Counted from the stretch's first letter, positions 35,101-45,560 are shown. The stretch: 46,006 nt of DNA from Macrostomum lignano (GCA_002269645.1 NIVC01002181.1:1-46006); one strand, 5' to 3'. Made by a program: numbers and translations. The notes: a model not told the origin generated them from the sequence alone.

Positions 35101-36867
35101 GGGTGTGTGCGCTTTTGTGCGTGGGGTGTGTGCGCTTTTGTGCGTGGGGTGTGTGCGCTTTTGTGCGTGGGGTGTGTGCGCTTTTGTGCGTGGGGTGAGT
35201 GTGCGCTTTTGTGCGTGGGGTGTGTGCGCTTTTGTGCGTGGGGTGTGTGCGCTTTTGAGCGTGGGGTGTGTGCGCTTTTGTGCGTGGGGTGTGGCGTGTG
35301 TGTGGTTCTGTAGTATTTTCAATTCACCATTAGGAAGTACCATAATTTTGAATATTACCTGGTCCGAGTAGATGAAGCGCAGCAGGGCCAGGAACGCGGT
35401 CGGATCCACATCAGGCAACCGAATGGTCTGGCCGCTAGTGTCGGCCAGCGGCCCGTTCAACAGGGCGTCGAACACGGCGCTGCTGATTGACAGCACAAAT
35501 CGATGAGCCGGCACGGACTTCTCATTTGGCGCCTGGCCAACTAGAAATGTCACATCCGACATGTACTGCGTGTTAAACAGGTAGGCAACCCGCTCTTTAA
35601 CTGTGGCTTTGGTGGCCTGCCAGTTGTGCGGCGGCTCCTGATCGCAGCCGAGCAGGGCCTGGTGGTATCCGGCCTCCAGGATCTTCTGCGCTCTGGTCCG
35701 GCAGCAGCATGGCTTCTGTGGAGGCTTCTGCTGTTGCTGCTGCCGGTGTGAACTTTTATTATAATAGAGGGGTAAATTTCTAGATGTGACAACTATCATC
35801 TTTCATGTACTAAAAGCTGGATATTTCTTGAAGAATGAATTGTTTCTTTAACTTTAATACTAGAAAGCACAAGGAACTGCACAAAAAGCAATCAAATAGA
35901 GTACCAACGGCTCTACCCAGAGCCTCTCTGAATGGCATTGAGATTTTAAAAAAATAATAATAAAGTGCCAATCTGGCATCTGGGGTCCAAAGCAGCTTCT
36001 GGAAATTTATCTTGTCATAGATATCGCTTTTTATAGTAATAGCAAAGCTCTCCACTCTCTCCTCTCTCTTCTCTCTCTCCGCTCACCCCTCTCTTCTTTC
36101 TCTCCTCTTTTATTTGCTCTCTCATTCTATCTATCGCATCTCCTCTCATCTCTCATCTCTCATCTTCTATTCCCTTTCCTTTCCAATCCCACCTGACCCG
36201 CAGACATGAGCTGAATTGTCTATCTGGCCCTTGAGGTAGAAAGTTTGCCAACCCCTGGTCTATGGCAATCAGCTGCTAAAATACAGTGTAAAGAGGGCAC
36301 AAGCATGCAAAAAAGTCACGATTAGATTAGCGCGAGAATTTTATTACTTCATAATACTAATAATTGATTACACCTAATGGAGCTACTGCGCAGCGTATCT
36401 GAAGGCTGCGTACGGCTGTTCAGTCCAAGGACTGGGGGGTCGCCACACACAGCCTCAATTACCCCAGCTAATGCTGAGTGCCCATTTTACAGCTGGGTGA
36501 ACTGAAGCAATGCAGAGTTAAGTGTCTTGCTTAACGACACAAATTGTTTTTGTGGGATCGGGAATCGAACCCCAGACCTTCAAGTCGTGATTCCGACGCT
36601 CTTAACCACTAGGCTACAACCCCCTATTACTTTATGAATAGCATAAGGTCCGTTAATAACTGCTCACCTATCGCTGCCGCAGCTGCACACGGAGCCGCTG
36701 TCCTCCTCGCCGACAGCTTCGCTGCCAGTTGAGCCAGCGGAGGAGGGCGCAGTGGCTTGTGAGACAGACTGAGAGCCAGAGGCGGGGGCGGTGGAGATGA
36801 CAATCATGCGATTACGAGGCGGCGGCATCAACCGACCGCCTGGCGAGTTAGCAGCTGCTGTCTCCAT
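32113..36867 (-). CDS. BTBD1/2: BTB-BACK-PHR protein, BTBD1/BTBD2 family; exons 36867-36668, 35752-35359, 34382-34069, 33757-33355, 32427-32113 (~541 aa)
   Basis: [19 protein letters not shown]...SDVTFLVG...PAHRFVL (BTB); ATLYAAKKY...[17 protein letters not shown] (BACK); LIRFPLM; [22 protein letters not shown]...[18 protein letters not shown] (PHR). Four GT-AG introns with consistent phases. Confidence 0.95.
32597..33230. repeat. 33-bp minisatellite with 30-bp deletion variants, ~19 copies (BTBD intron 4)
   Basis: Unit GCTAGTCATCAGCCCAAGCTTATACAGTTCATG. Confidence 0.93.
34490..34650. repeat. Partial family A interspersed repeat (a second partial copy at ~33850-33960)
   Basis: Shares GACTCCTGAGCACACAAGCG...CTCACACAGGGTGTACAGCAGCCCC with the other family A copies. 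Confidence 0.65.
34880..35305. repeat. GT-rich compound minisatellite (~19-bp and ~22-bp units, BTBD intron 2)
   Basis: (GTGTGCGTGGGTGTTGGGT)n followed by (GTGTGCGCTTTTGTGCGTGGGG)n. Confidence 0.9.
36050..36185. repeat. CT-rich low-complexity tract
   Basis: Nearly pure pyrimidine run in BTBD intron 1. Confidence 0.8.
36362..36624 (-). mobile_element. tRNA-derived CORE-like SINE (copy 4, BTBD intron 1)
   Basis: Same head and body as copy 1; shares the terminal AATTGATTACACCT with it. Confidence 0.85.
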
Positions 36868-38245
36868 GTTCTACTGGTCCTTGGCTGGCGATAATAAATG
36901 CTGCTAGGGAATCTGCAGAGACAAGTTCAGCCCAGATAAAAGCTGTAAAAATGTAAAAATGTAAGCAGAATTTTTATTACAATATATTGTTTTTTTGAGA
37001 ATGCAAAGAAAGATTCTCAAAAGCGATTAAAACTAAAACCATTTTATGACCACCCATAGTCAAATGCGAAGCTTGTTTACACTTTACTGTGAAGGAGAGA
37101 TTTATAAATGAATAGTAAATAAAATTTAAAAACATTCAGGAGTTTGTGTATCTCTTTTCGAAAATAAGAACTTTAAGAACTGTGAAAAAATTATTTGAAA
37201 CAATCAACAAAACTCAGAATTGTAAAATCGATTACATGTATATCATACCATGTCAGATATCATGTACATTTGCAACACTGTAAACTTGATCTTACTATAT
37301 TGAGTGAAACAGTTTATTTATAAAATGTTATTTTTCCATCTAGAGAGCCTTTTTTGCTATATAGCTTTGCTTTGTATGCAATTTAAATCTTCTCTCTTTA
37401 GCTTTAGCTATTAATTGTCCCTCTTTTTATTTGTATAAGTGTTGCATAAGTGTATAATGCATTAAGTGTTTTAAACACTTATGCAGGTTTCTCCTCTTTT
37501 TATGTTTTTCATGTTTTATTCATTTTTTAATTGCTTTTGGCTTGAATACCCTTAAAATGCTTTGGTGCTTGGTTGATTGGTTTTGCAATATAACTTCTTT
37601 GGTCACTCATCCTGTCTCCTAGCTGAAAAATGGCTAGATCTATTGGGTATTGTGTATGTATGATATCATTAATATATGATATGAATTGTAATAATGTAGA
37701 ATTGCTTGTATAGTTCATAAACAAGTAATATGAGTATATAGCATTGAAATTGCAAAATTGATGGTAACAATAAGATAATAGACACCCCAAATATGGAACA
37801 AGATGCAACTTTTGCTTTGCCAAAAACTTGAGACCACATTTTATGGCTTAAACTACAACTATATTGCACTTCCATTGCCAATGCCTGTCTTAAAAATGGG
37901 GTGCACTACACTTGCATTTATTTGTTGGAAATCAGTGTAAATATTAACACATTAATAATATTCACAAGTCACTAACAATTTAGAATAGATAAATATAGAT
38001 AAATAAAAGGGAAAGCAAGCAAGCGAGAACCATATGAGCATAATAATGGAAAATCCCCAATTTGGATATTCCCAGTTTGGCTTTTTAAGAGGGGATGGAA
38101 ATCCATGCATAGAACTCATTTGGCTTAATACTTTTTTGCTTTATAGCTTTTAAAAGCAAAATAATTTTATGATTATGAAACCTTTTTGCTTTGGACTAAG
38201 ACAGCAAATACTAACCTTTTAATCTTTGATACAAAGTTTGCAACA

Positions 38246-38600
38246 ATGACAAGAAATTGTTGCATCCTAGGATGTAATAGTAAATACAAATGTGATAAAA
38301 AAAGCTTTTTTATACATTTTCCAAAGAAACTAATGAGTATAAGCTTTGGGTATAAGCCATTTCCAATAATTTAAATGTGAGTTATTTCTAAAGTGTTTTT
38401 CAAAGAAACAATAAGTAGCATATATTGCTATTGTCAAAAACTCTCTAAGCTCTACCATTTTATAAAATTAATTGATACTGAATTCTTTTTAGTTTCATTT
38501 AATTAATTTGTAAATATATTTGGCCTATATGCTATTCCTGCAGAATATATCAAAACTTATGGGTATTTATCATAAACACTAGCCTAAAAAATACCTAAAG
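38246..38600 (+). pseudogene. Decayed, intron-containing THAP zinc-finger coding relic, probably transposon-derived
   Basis: MTRNCCILGCNSKYKCDKKSFFIHFPK, -1 shift at ~38326, ETNEYKLWV*AISNNLN, GTGAGT donor 38377, CCTGCAG acceptor 38543, NISKLMGIYHKH*PKKY. This matches the THAP pattern C-x4-C...FP...W-x2-AI-x12-I(C)-x2-H(F). Confidence 0.7.
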
Positions 38601-40337
38601 GCATTTTGCCTAACCTAGACATCTGCCTAGTATTTTTTAAACTATATCTTGGTTAGCCATAAAGCTTATTTAAGAATTTTTAGCCTTATTGAACCCTTTG
38701 TAAGCTTTGGTATTTACTTTTCAACTAATTCAACCCAATAATTTGGGCCACAGGGGGTGTTTTGGTAGGCCATTTAAAGAGTGCCACCCAGCATAGTATA
38801 TATATAATTCAATGTGGCCAGATTAAAGATGAGTTGGAGTCATTTAATAAAGCAGACATAATCAATTCTTAGCCTACTTTTATTCTAAAGGCTCCTAATC
38901 TAATCTTAAGAATATAAAAATTCACTTTAGACTCATTAAGCTATAATAGTCATCTTCCCCTTTTCAAACAAACTTATCTTCAAGATTAGACAATCCAAGC
39001 ATATTTGGTGGTTCAGGACATTTTTGATATAAATGCATATTGCTTTAATATCCCCATCAGTGTATCAAAAGTTCTGGGCTTTGAATATTGGCTTGAGCAT
39101 TATAGCCAACTGATTGCAATAGAAAACTGTTATATTCTCAGATTACTTAAATCTGCTCAAGGAGTTTTCAATTAGTGCTAATATCATAGCTGACTTTACA
39201 CTGCTCCAAGATTCTTGGTCTTGTTCTTATTTCTTTTTATTTTTTGCAGCTCTCATAGCAAGCTTTAAACACAAGCCTGTCTCACAGTTTCATTTGGTCT
39301 ATAGATAAAACAAAACACTTTAAACTGTATATGAAATTAAAATAATATCTATAGTCAAGTCATATCAAAAACTAAATTAGACATGCTGGTTTAGACACAA
39401 CCAATGAATTCATTTTTTATCTAGAAGCCAGCAGCAAATTATGTAAAGGAAATCCTCACCAATATTTCCTGGTTTGTCAACTTTCAGTTTCCCTCAATCA
39501 AAAAGAATAGGCTATATACCATGATATTTTAAAAGCTTCTAAATTATTTTTTGCTAGTTGCAACAGTTATTGTACTACCCAAAGCATTTTATGTATCCCT
39601 TATCCTATTACACTGAAATGGCATCTTAGAAGACTAGGAAATATTAGCATAGATAATGATTGTCAAAAAATTATTCAATCCCATTTAGAGCAATATATAC
39701 TACTACAATGCTTCTATGCAATTATATTTAATAAAATATATATGAAGCCACCTCTGTATCTAAATGGATTATATATAGTTGGATTCGCAAAAGATTCCCT
39801 AGACAAGTTGGTACAAACTATGCTGGCTATTATAGTCAAAATTTATAGGACCAAATGCTTTTGTGGCCTATCTTATACTTATTTATAGCTTATAGCCTCA
39901 GTTTCTACACAGCCAACTGTTGCAACTAATCCAAACTATCTATAAATACAGTAGCATAGTGATAATTTTGATATGCAAGAATAATTATATCAAAAGATGC
40001 TACTATTAATTTTTTTAATTAGATTCTCTGGATCAATCCAATGAGGCTTAGCAAGTTGCTAATCTTGCCAACATATAAATTTCTTTGTTTTTGATTTATA
40101 GTACTACTTTGGGTGTCCAGGTAATCATGCAGAGATATATCTCAAAAAGCAATCAAAAATTTAAATGACTGCTGCAGCATATAAAAGTACAAAACATCAG
40201 CTGCCACACTATGCTATTTCAGCCATAGACATGCATTAGAAGCAGCATTGGCATAATTTTGCGAGGGACCCTCAGCCCCAGTGCAACGCAAATCTTAATG
40301 ATAATGATTAATTTTCTTCTCAGCTTCGCTGGCAGCA

Positions 40338-41419
40338 ATGAATGATTTTAAATTCTATGCACTGACTCGCTTTAAACTGAAGATCATTGCTGCTGACTGT
40401 CACCGAGAACTTTTTGCTGCACACGGGGAAGATGCACCCAATAAAGCAACAATCTGCCATTGGTACAAGCAGTTCCAAGTTCCTCCTACAGATGTCAGCG
40501 AGAGCAAATGAGGAAATGCGAGAACAACCAGAATGCCAAAGGTGATTGAGCTAGTGCGAGAACTCATGCAGGAGGACAGCAGGACAAGTGTGCGAGAGTT
40601 GGCTGACTGGTTAGAAATTGGTAAGATGAGCATACATGAAATCCTCATGCAGGATCTCGGCCTGCGAAACATAGCGGCCGTCTGGGTGCCACACCAGCTG
40701 AGTGAAGAGCAAAAGGCTGCTTGTGTGCAATGTGCAAGCAGAATTTGCTCCATCTTCCATCAGGAGGGAATCCAGGCAATGATGGACAAACTGGTCACAG
40801 CTGATGAGACGTGGATGCCATTCCATGGCCAGGTGCCAAAGCAGAAGAATCGCTGCTGGTTGGCAATGGCAAGTGGTGATCACTGTCCTAAGGTTGTGCA
40901 ACAGCAGATCAGCGCTCGCAAAACAATGCTGCTTGTGGGGTTCACTCTGAACAAGCGATTTTTTATCTCTGCCACAGCCCTGCACGAGACAGTTGATGGT
41001 GAGCGCATCATCCAATTTTTGAAACAAACCAGCAATTTGTGGCGCTGCTTGCATTCGAAGCCGATTTACCTACACAAAGTTCTGTGGCAGTGGAGACAAT
41101 GCCCAACCGCATGCAAGCAGGACTGTATGGGACTAACTTTGAAAAGAGGAGCATCCGAACACTGTTTTAAAGTCCATACAGTCCAGACCTCAACTTGTGC
41201 GATCGCTTCCTGTTCAGCTGGATGAAGAACAACCTGTGCCACAGACAGTTTGCTGACCATTCCGAGGTTGAAGCAGCCACGTTGCACCAGGCAAAGAGCC
41301 TGGACAAAAGTTCCCTAGCCGCCGAAGTGCATAAGCTTCTGGAATACTGCAATGCTGTCATCGTAGCTGGGGATGCTATGTTACAGACTGATGCGGTTTC
41401 GCTGTCATTGAATCACTAG
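40338..41419 (+). mobile_element. Defective mariner (DD34D-type) transposase
   Basis: HTH region from ATG 40338, premature TGA at 40509, WVPHQL, TADETW, frameshifted DNAQPH (~41095) and YSPDLNLCD (~41175). TIRs not identified. Confidence 0.92.
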
Positions 41420-42586
41420 TTCTTGTTTTATTTATTGAGTTGCATGATTATTCAGATGCCGAAGTATATACATTTTAAATAATATAAGAAATAATTGGAT
41501 TATGCAAGGACATAAAGAGTTCTAGTTTATGCCAGAATCTAGTGGTCTATCTAAGTTGACTCTAATTGCCATATAGAGCAGCTTTGTTTGAACTTGAGAC
41601 CTTGCATGGAAATATTGTACACCCTACTATTTTCATTCTAATGGCATATAACCTATCTGCATTAGAATAATAGAAGATGAATATTGTGCTAGATGCTTTT
41701 AGTAAGATTGTTATAGCACTCTAAGTTAATGATAGATCAAGCTGAATTTATTGAGAAAGTACTTAATTTTTAGAAAATAGTTAATATGAAATCTCCAAAT
41801 TTGCATATCACCTTTTGATAAATAAAGAGCCCTGATTATATCTATAGACTCAAGTAATCTAATGAATCTAATCAAGTTTTCTAACATGGTATAATGCATG
41901 CCAGGTATCCAAGATGCTACTCACATGTATTCACTGATAACAAAGACCTAAAAAGCTCCTATTTAGACAATATATGGCTTAATTGATATATATTAGCAAC
42001 CATTTGCTATAAAGAATATGCTTTTGTATACATTTTGCTAGGTAAGCTATATTTGACATGATTATAATTCCTTGAGATTTAAAGCTTGCACTTTCAATTT
42101 TTAACATTGTATTGTGTAAAACAATACATTTTAATATGTTACATTCTACAATAAAAAAAGTTGCAATAAAACTAAACTAAAAAGTTTTAATTGATAGATA
42201 TAGAGATTCTTAAGAACATATTCCTAACTTAAAAATTTCACCTAGCTGAAACAACTTAGTTTTTAAAAAAAATTGAAACTTAGTTGCCTTTGGCTGCAAT
42301 ATGGTATTAGATTTTACTTTTTCCATTTTTTTATTCATTTTCTTTTTTTCTACTTTTTTTATTTTTTCTCTTGCCATTTTTCTTTTTTTCTCTTTTTTTA
42401 TCTATTTTTGGGTTGCATTTTTATGATTTACTATGCCATGGCTATAACACTCTAGACCATATAGTATATGCCCAAAAATTTGGGGATGCATTGGTCTTGC
42501 ATGTCCAAATTAGGTGTGCACAATTGGCATGCATCACTCCTAAGAAAAAAGTATGCATGCACACCTGGCATGCACTTTATAGAATC

Positions 42587-43242
42587 GGGTACCAGTCGTT
42601 TCGGTGACAAGACATTTCGGTGACAGACGTTTTGGTGACAAATAGTCGTTTTGGTGACAAGTTGCAATTGTGATAGACACGCTTCATTTTCAATGAAAAA
42701 CAAAGATTTCATGAGTATTGTTATTTTAGTGATAAGAGGCGTTTCATAATATTCGGTTGTAGTTATTTTGTTAATATTTATGTTTCAAAATGTATTTAAA
42801 AATTTTCATCAAAAGAATATATTTAAAAAAAGAAAGCAAACTAATTATATTGTTTTCTTCCTGTGCAGATCATTTTGAATTGTCCCAGAGTGTTCACACA
42901 CATAAACCATAAACCTAGAGAGAATCCTCATGAAATGCAGACCACGAGAAAGGCAGAGATATTCACTCGTTGACGCTTTTGCATGTTTAAATTGGAAAAC
43001 ATAATTCAAAAGACCGCAACTCTATAATTGTAAATAAACAAAATTAAATAGAGAAATATTTAACTGTTTAAAAAAATATAAAATTTTAGGCTCAATATCC
43101 CTTGAGATTTTCTAAGTAATTTTCTGTTTAAAAACAGAATGGCTATAACTAAAATTGTATTTTTCTTGTCACCGAAATGACTTTTGCTTGTCACCGAAAG
43201 GACTGTCACTGAAACGTCTTGTCACCAAAATGACTGTAATCC
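42587..43242. mobile_element. 656-bp non-autonomous TIR element, MULE-like, with 8-bp TSD
   Basis: Imperfect TIRs (GGGTACCAGTCGTTTCGGTGACAAGAC vs reverse complement GGATTACAGTCATTTTGGTGACAAGAC), repeated subterminal TTTCGGTGACA, flanking ATAGAATC at 42579-42586 and 43243-43250. Superfamily is inferred. Confidence 0.85.
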
Positions 43243-44918
43243 ATAGAATCACATGTAATAGTTATTGCGAAGTAAAAATGAAAAAAGTTAATTTTTATAT
43301 ATAAATTTCAAGCTTTCTAGTTTTTCAAGCTTGTAAAAAGCTTTTAAACAAATCTTTGCATGTATCAATTTTTTGTTGTAAATAGTATGGCCAAAAAAGC
43401 ATAAAAATCAACCAAATTATCTGCTAATAAGGGTCTATTCTATGCAACTTAAAAAGGTCATTTATTGTCACAATGTAAAAAGGTCATTTATTGTCGCAAC
43501 ACCAGCATATTTTTGAGAATGGGCATGCACTAAATTTTTTTGGTATGCATTTGCAACTAGGCCTATTCAATTTTTTGCATGCACGATGCACCCAGCATAA
43601 TCTAGACTATAGCATGGCTAGACTTTTTGCCAGGTATTGGGCATGCATATTATTCTTAAAGCAATATAGTTAGTACAATTTTTTTGATTAAACTAGGCCC
43701 TATACAAAATTTATTCCTAAAACCATTTTTAACTCAACCATTGTTCAAAATGAGCTTCAATTAATTTGACTGATTAGAGGGCAAATTCAAAGTATATAAA
43801 CAAGGACTTGACAAGGTAGAAAACTTCAAATGCATACTTAAGAGCAAAATAATCAGAATGCTACAATGTGTTCATAGAAAATGTTTGCAGTATAGGCTAC
43901 CTCACTGTAATTTGAGCACATTGTGATTCATGCATAACATTATCGAAATTAGTTACAGTATAGTATAAATCTTAAGAATTACAGACCCACACTGACACTG
44001 CTAGAGTATACTATAACTTGAATTGTATATTGTACCACAATGGAGAATAAAAATTATAGTAATATATTCAAGGCGGCAAAGGTATGTTTAAGAAACCTGT
44101 CGTGGAATCACTAAATGCTAAGACTAGGCCTAGAGTAACTTTCTAGATAACCACACTAACCACCGTAATTTGCTAGTAACAATTACAACACAAAACTGAT
44201 ACTTGTAGTTTTTGATAATAAAGAAATGAAAACTCTAAAGTTGAACTGCTAGACCCCTTGGTTCTTAGATCTAAAAAAATACGTTATGTAATGTAGAGTA
44301 GTCAATAGTATGTACTGAATTAAAAACAAGCTGCATATTGGTACTCCTCTTTTCCAGGAAAGAGGTCAACTGATGTTTTTAAGAAAAATGCAATTTAAAA
44401 TTTTCTAAGCTTTAAAACAAAAAAATAAATACATGCAGCAAGTAAGACTTGTTTGACATAAAAATATTACAATTTAACTTTTGGATAAAGTATTTTGCCT
44501 TTGTGTTATATTACCTCGTATTAAAACATGAAACGAAGGGACCTGGGCGAAAATGCTCAGGACGAGTTGACGGTAAACCCACCGTGGTACTAGTGTTATC
44601 GTTCTGTCTTATAACAAAGATCACACTGCTGACACCAAATTTGAACTTGGGTTTTTCTTCAATTCCACTGTATAATGTTGTAACCGTGGCTATTTTATGC
44701 CTGCTTTTCACTATTTAGGAATATTCTTGGATGTTATAATTGTTACTGGTAATGTTAATTGGTAATTGGTATAGGCCTGGTAGCGTCTTAGTATAAATCT
44801 GCCAGCGTCTTAGTATAACTCTATTCGTTAAAAAACCAATTCGTTGTTTCTTTTAGTGTTGGATGGGATGTCTTGGCGTTTCTTAGTACTCGTCTACTTG
44901 TCTGAGTCCAGAACATTA

Positions 44919-45252
44919 GGGGTTGCTTTCACAAGCTCGAAATTTCACAACCTCGAAACCAGTTACTTTCATAAGCTCGAAATTTCACAACCTCGAAATT
45001 TCACAACCTCGAAAACCATTCTAGCAGCCCACTTTCACAAACCCGAAACTTCATAAGCTCGAAATTTCATATCCTCGAAAATTTTAGCAAGCGACTTCAC
45101 AAGCTCGAAATTTCACAACCTCAAAAATTTTAGCAGGCAGCTGAGCACAGTCCAGGGCCAGCTGTTCACACTCATCAAGTTTATCTTCAAGAGACACTTG
45201 CTGCTAAAATGGTTTTCGAGGTTGTGAAATTTCGGGCTTGTGAAGCGACCCC
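44919..45252. mobile_element. Foldback/MITE-like element with GGGG...CCCC ends and 15-bp subterminal repeats
   Basis: Left GGGGTTGCTTTCACAAGCTCGAAATTTCACAACCTCGAAA; right reverse complement GGGGTCGCTTCACAAGCCCGAAATTTCACAACCTCGAAAA. No clear TSD. Confidence 0.7.
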
Positions 45253-45360
45253 AAAATTATAGTAATCGAATACCAGCCCGTTTGGTCCAGGCTATAATTT
45301 GGGCTTATACATATAACATCGCGTAAGCTAGTTGACATCCCAGCTTGATTGTACATGTAT

Positions 45361-45560
45361 CTGGGAGCACGAGAAATGCCCGCAGACGAATTGCCCGCCG
45401 AGATTTGCGCAGGAGATTTGCCCGCAGTGCATTTTGCCCGTGAGCGAATTGCCCGTGGAGATTTTCCCGCAGTGCAATTTACCGCGAGTGGATTGCCCGC
45501 GAGTGGATTGCCCGCGGAGTTTTTTCCCTCCGAGGTTTGCCCGCAATGCTTTTTTACTGC
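45361..45560. repeat. Array of degenerate ~15-bp TTGCCCGC motifs, probably one end of a TIR element
   Basis: About 12 TT(G/T)CCCG(C/T) motifs at ~15-bp spacing after GGGAGCACGAG. The partner end is not seen in the window. Confidence 0.55.

Noticed and set aside
37540-37960. Possible piggyBac-like C-terminal relic (RCNFC...CQC...H); also a DNHY-like motif on the minus strand near 39660
   Set aside because: Requires many stops and shifts and the motif matches are short; needs a profile search before any call.
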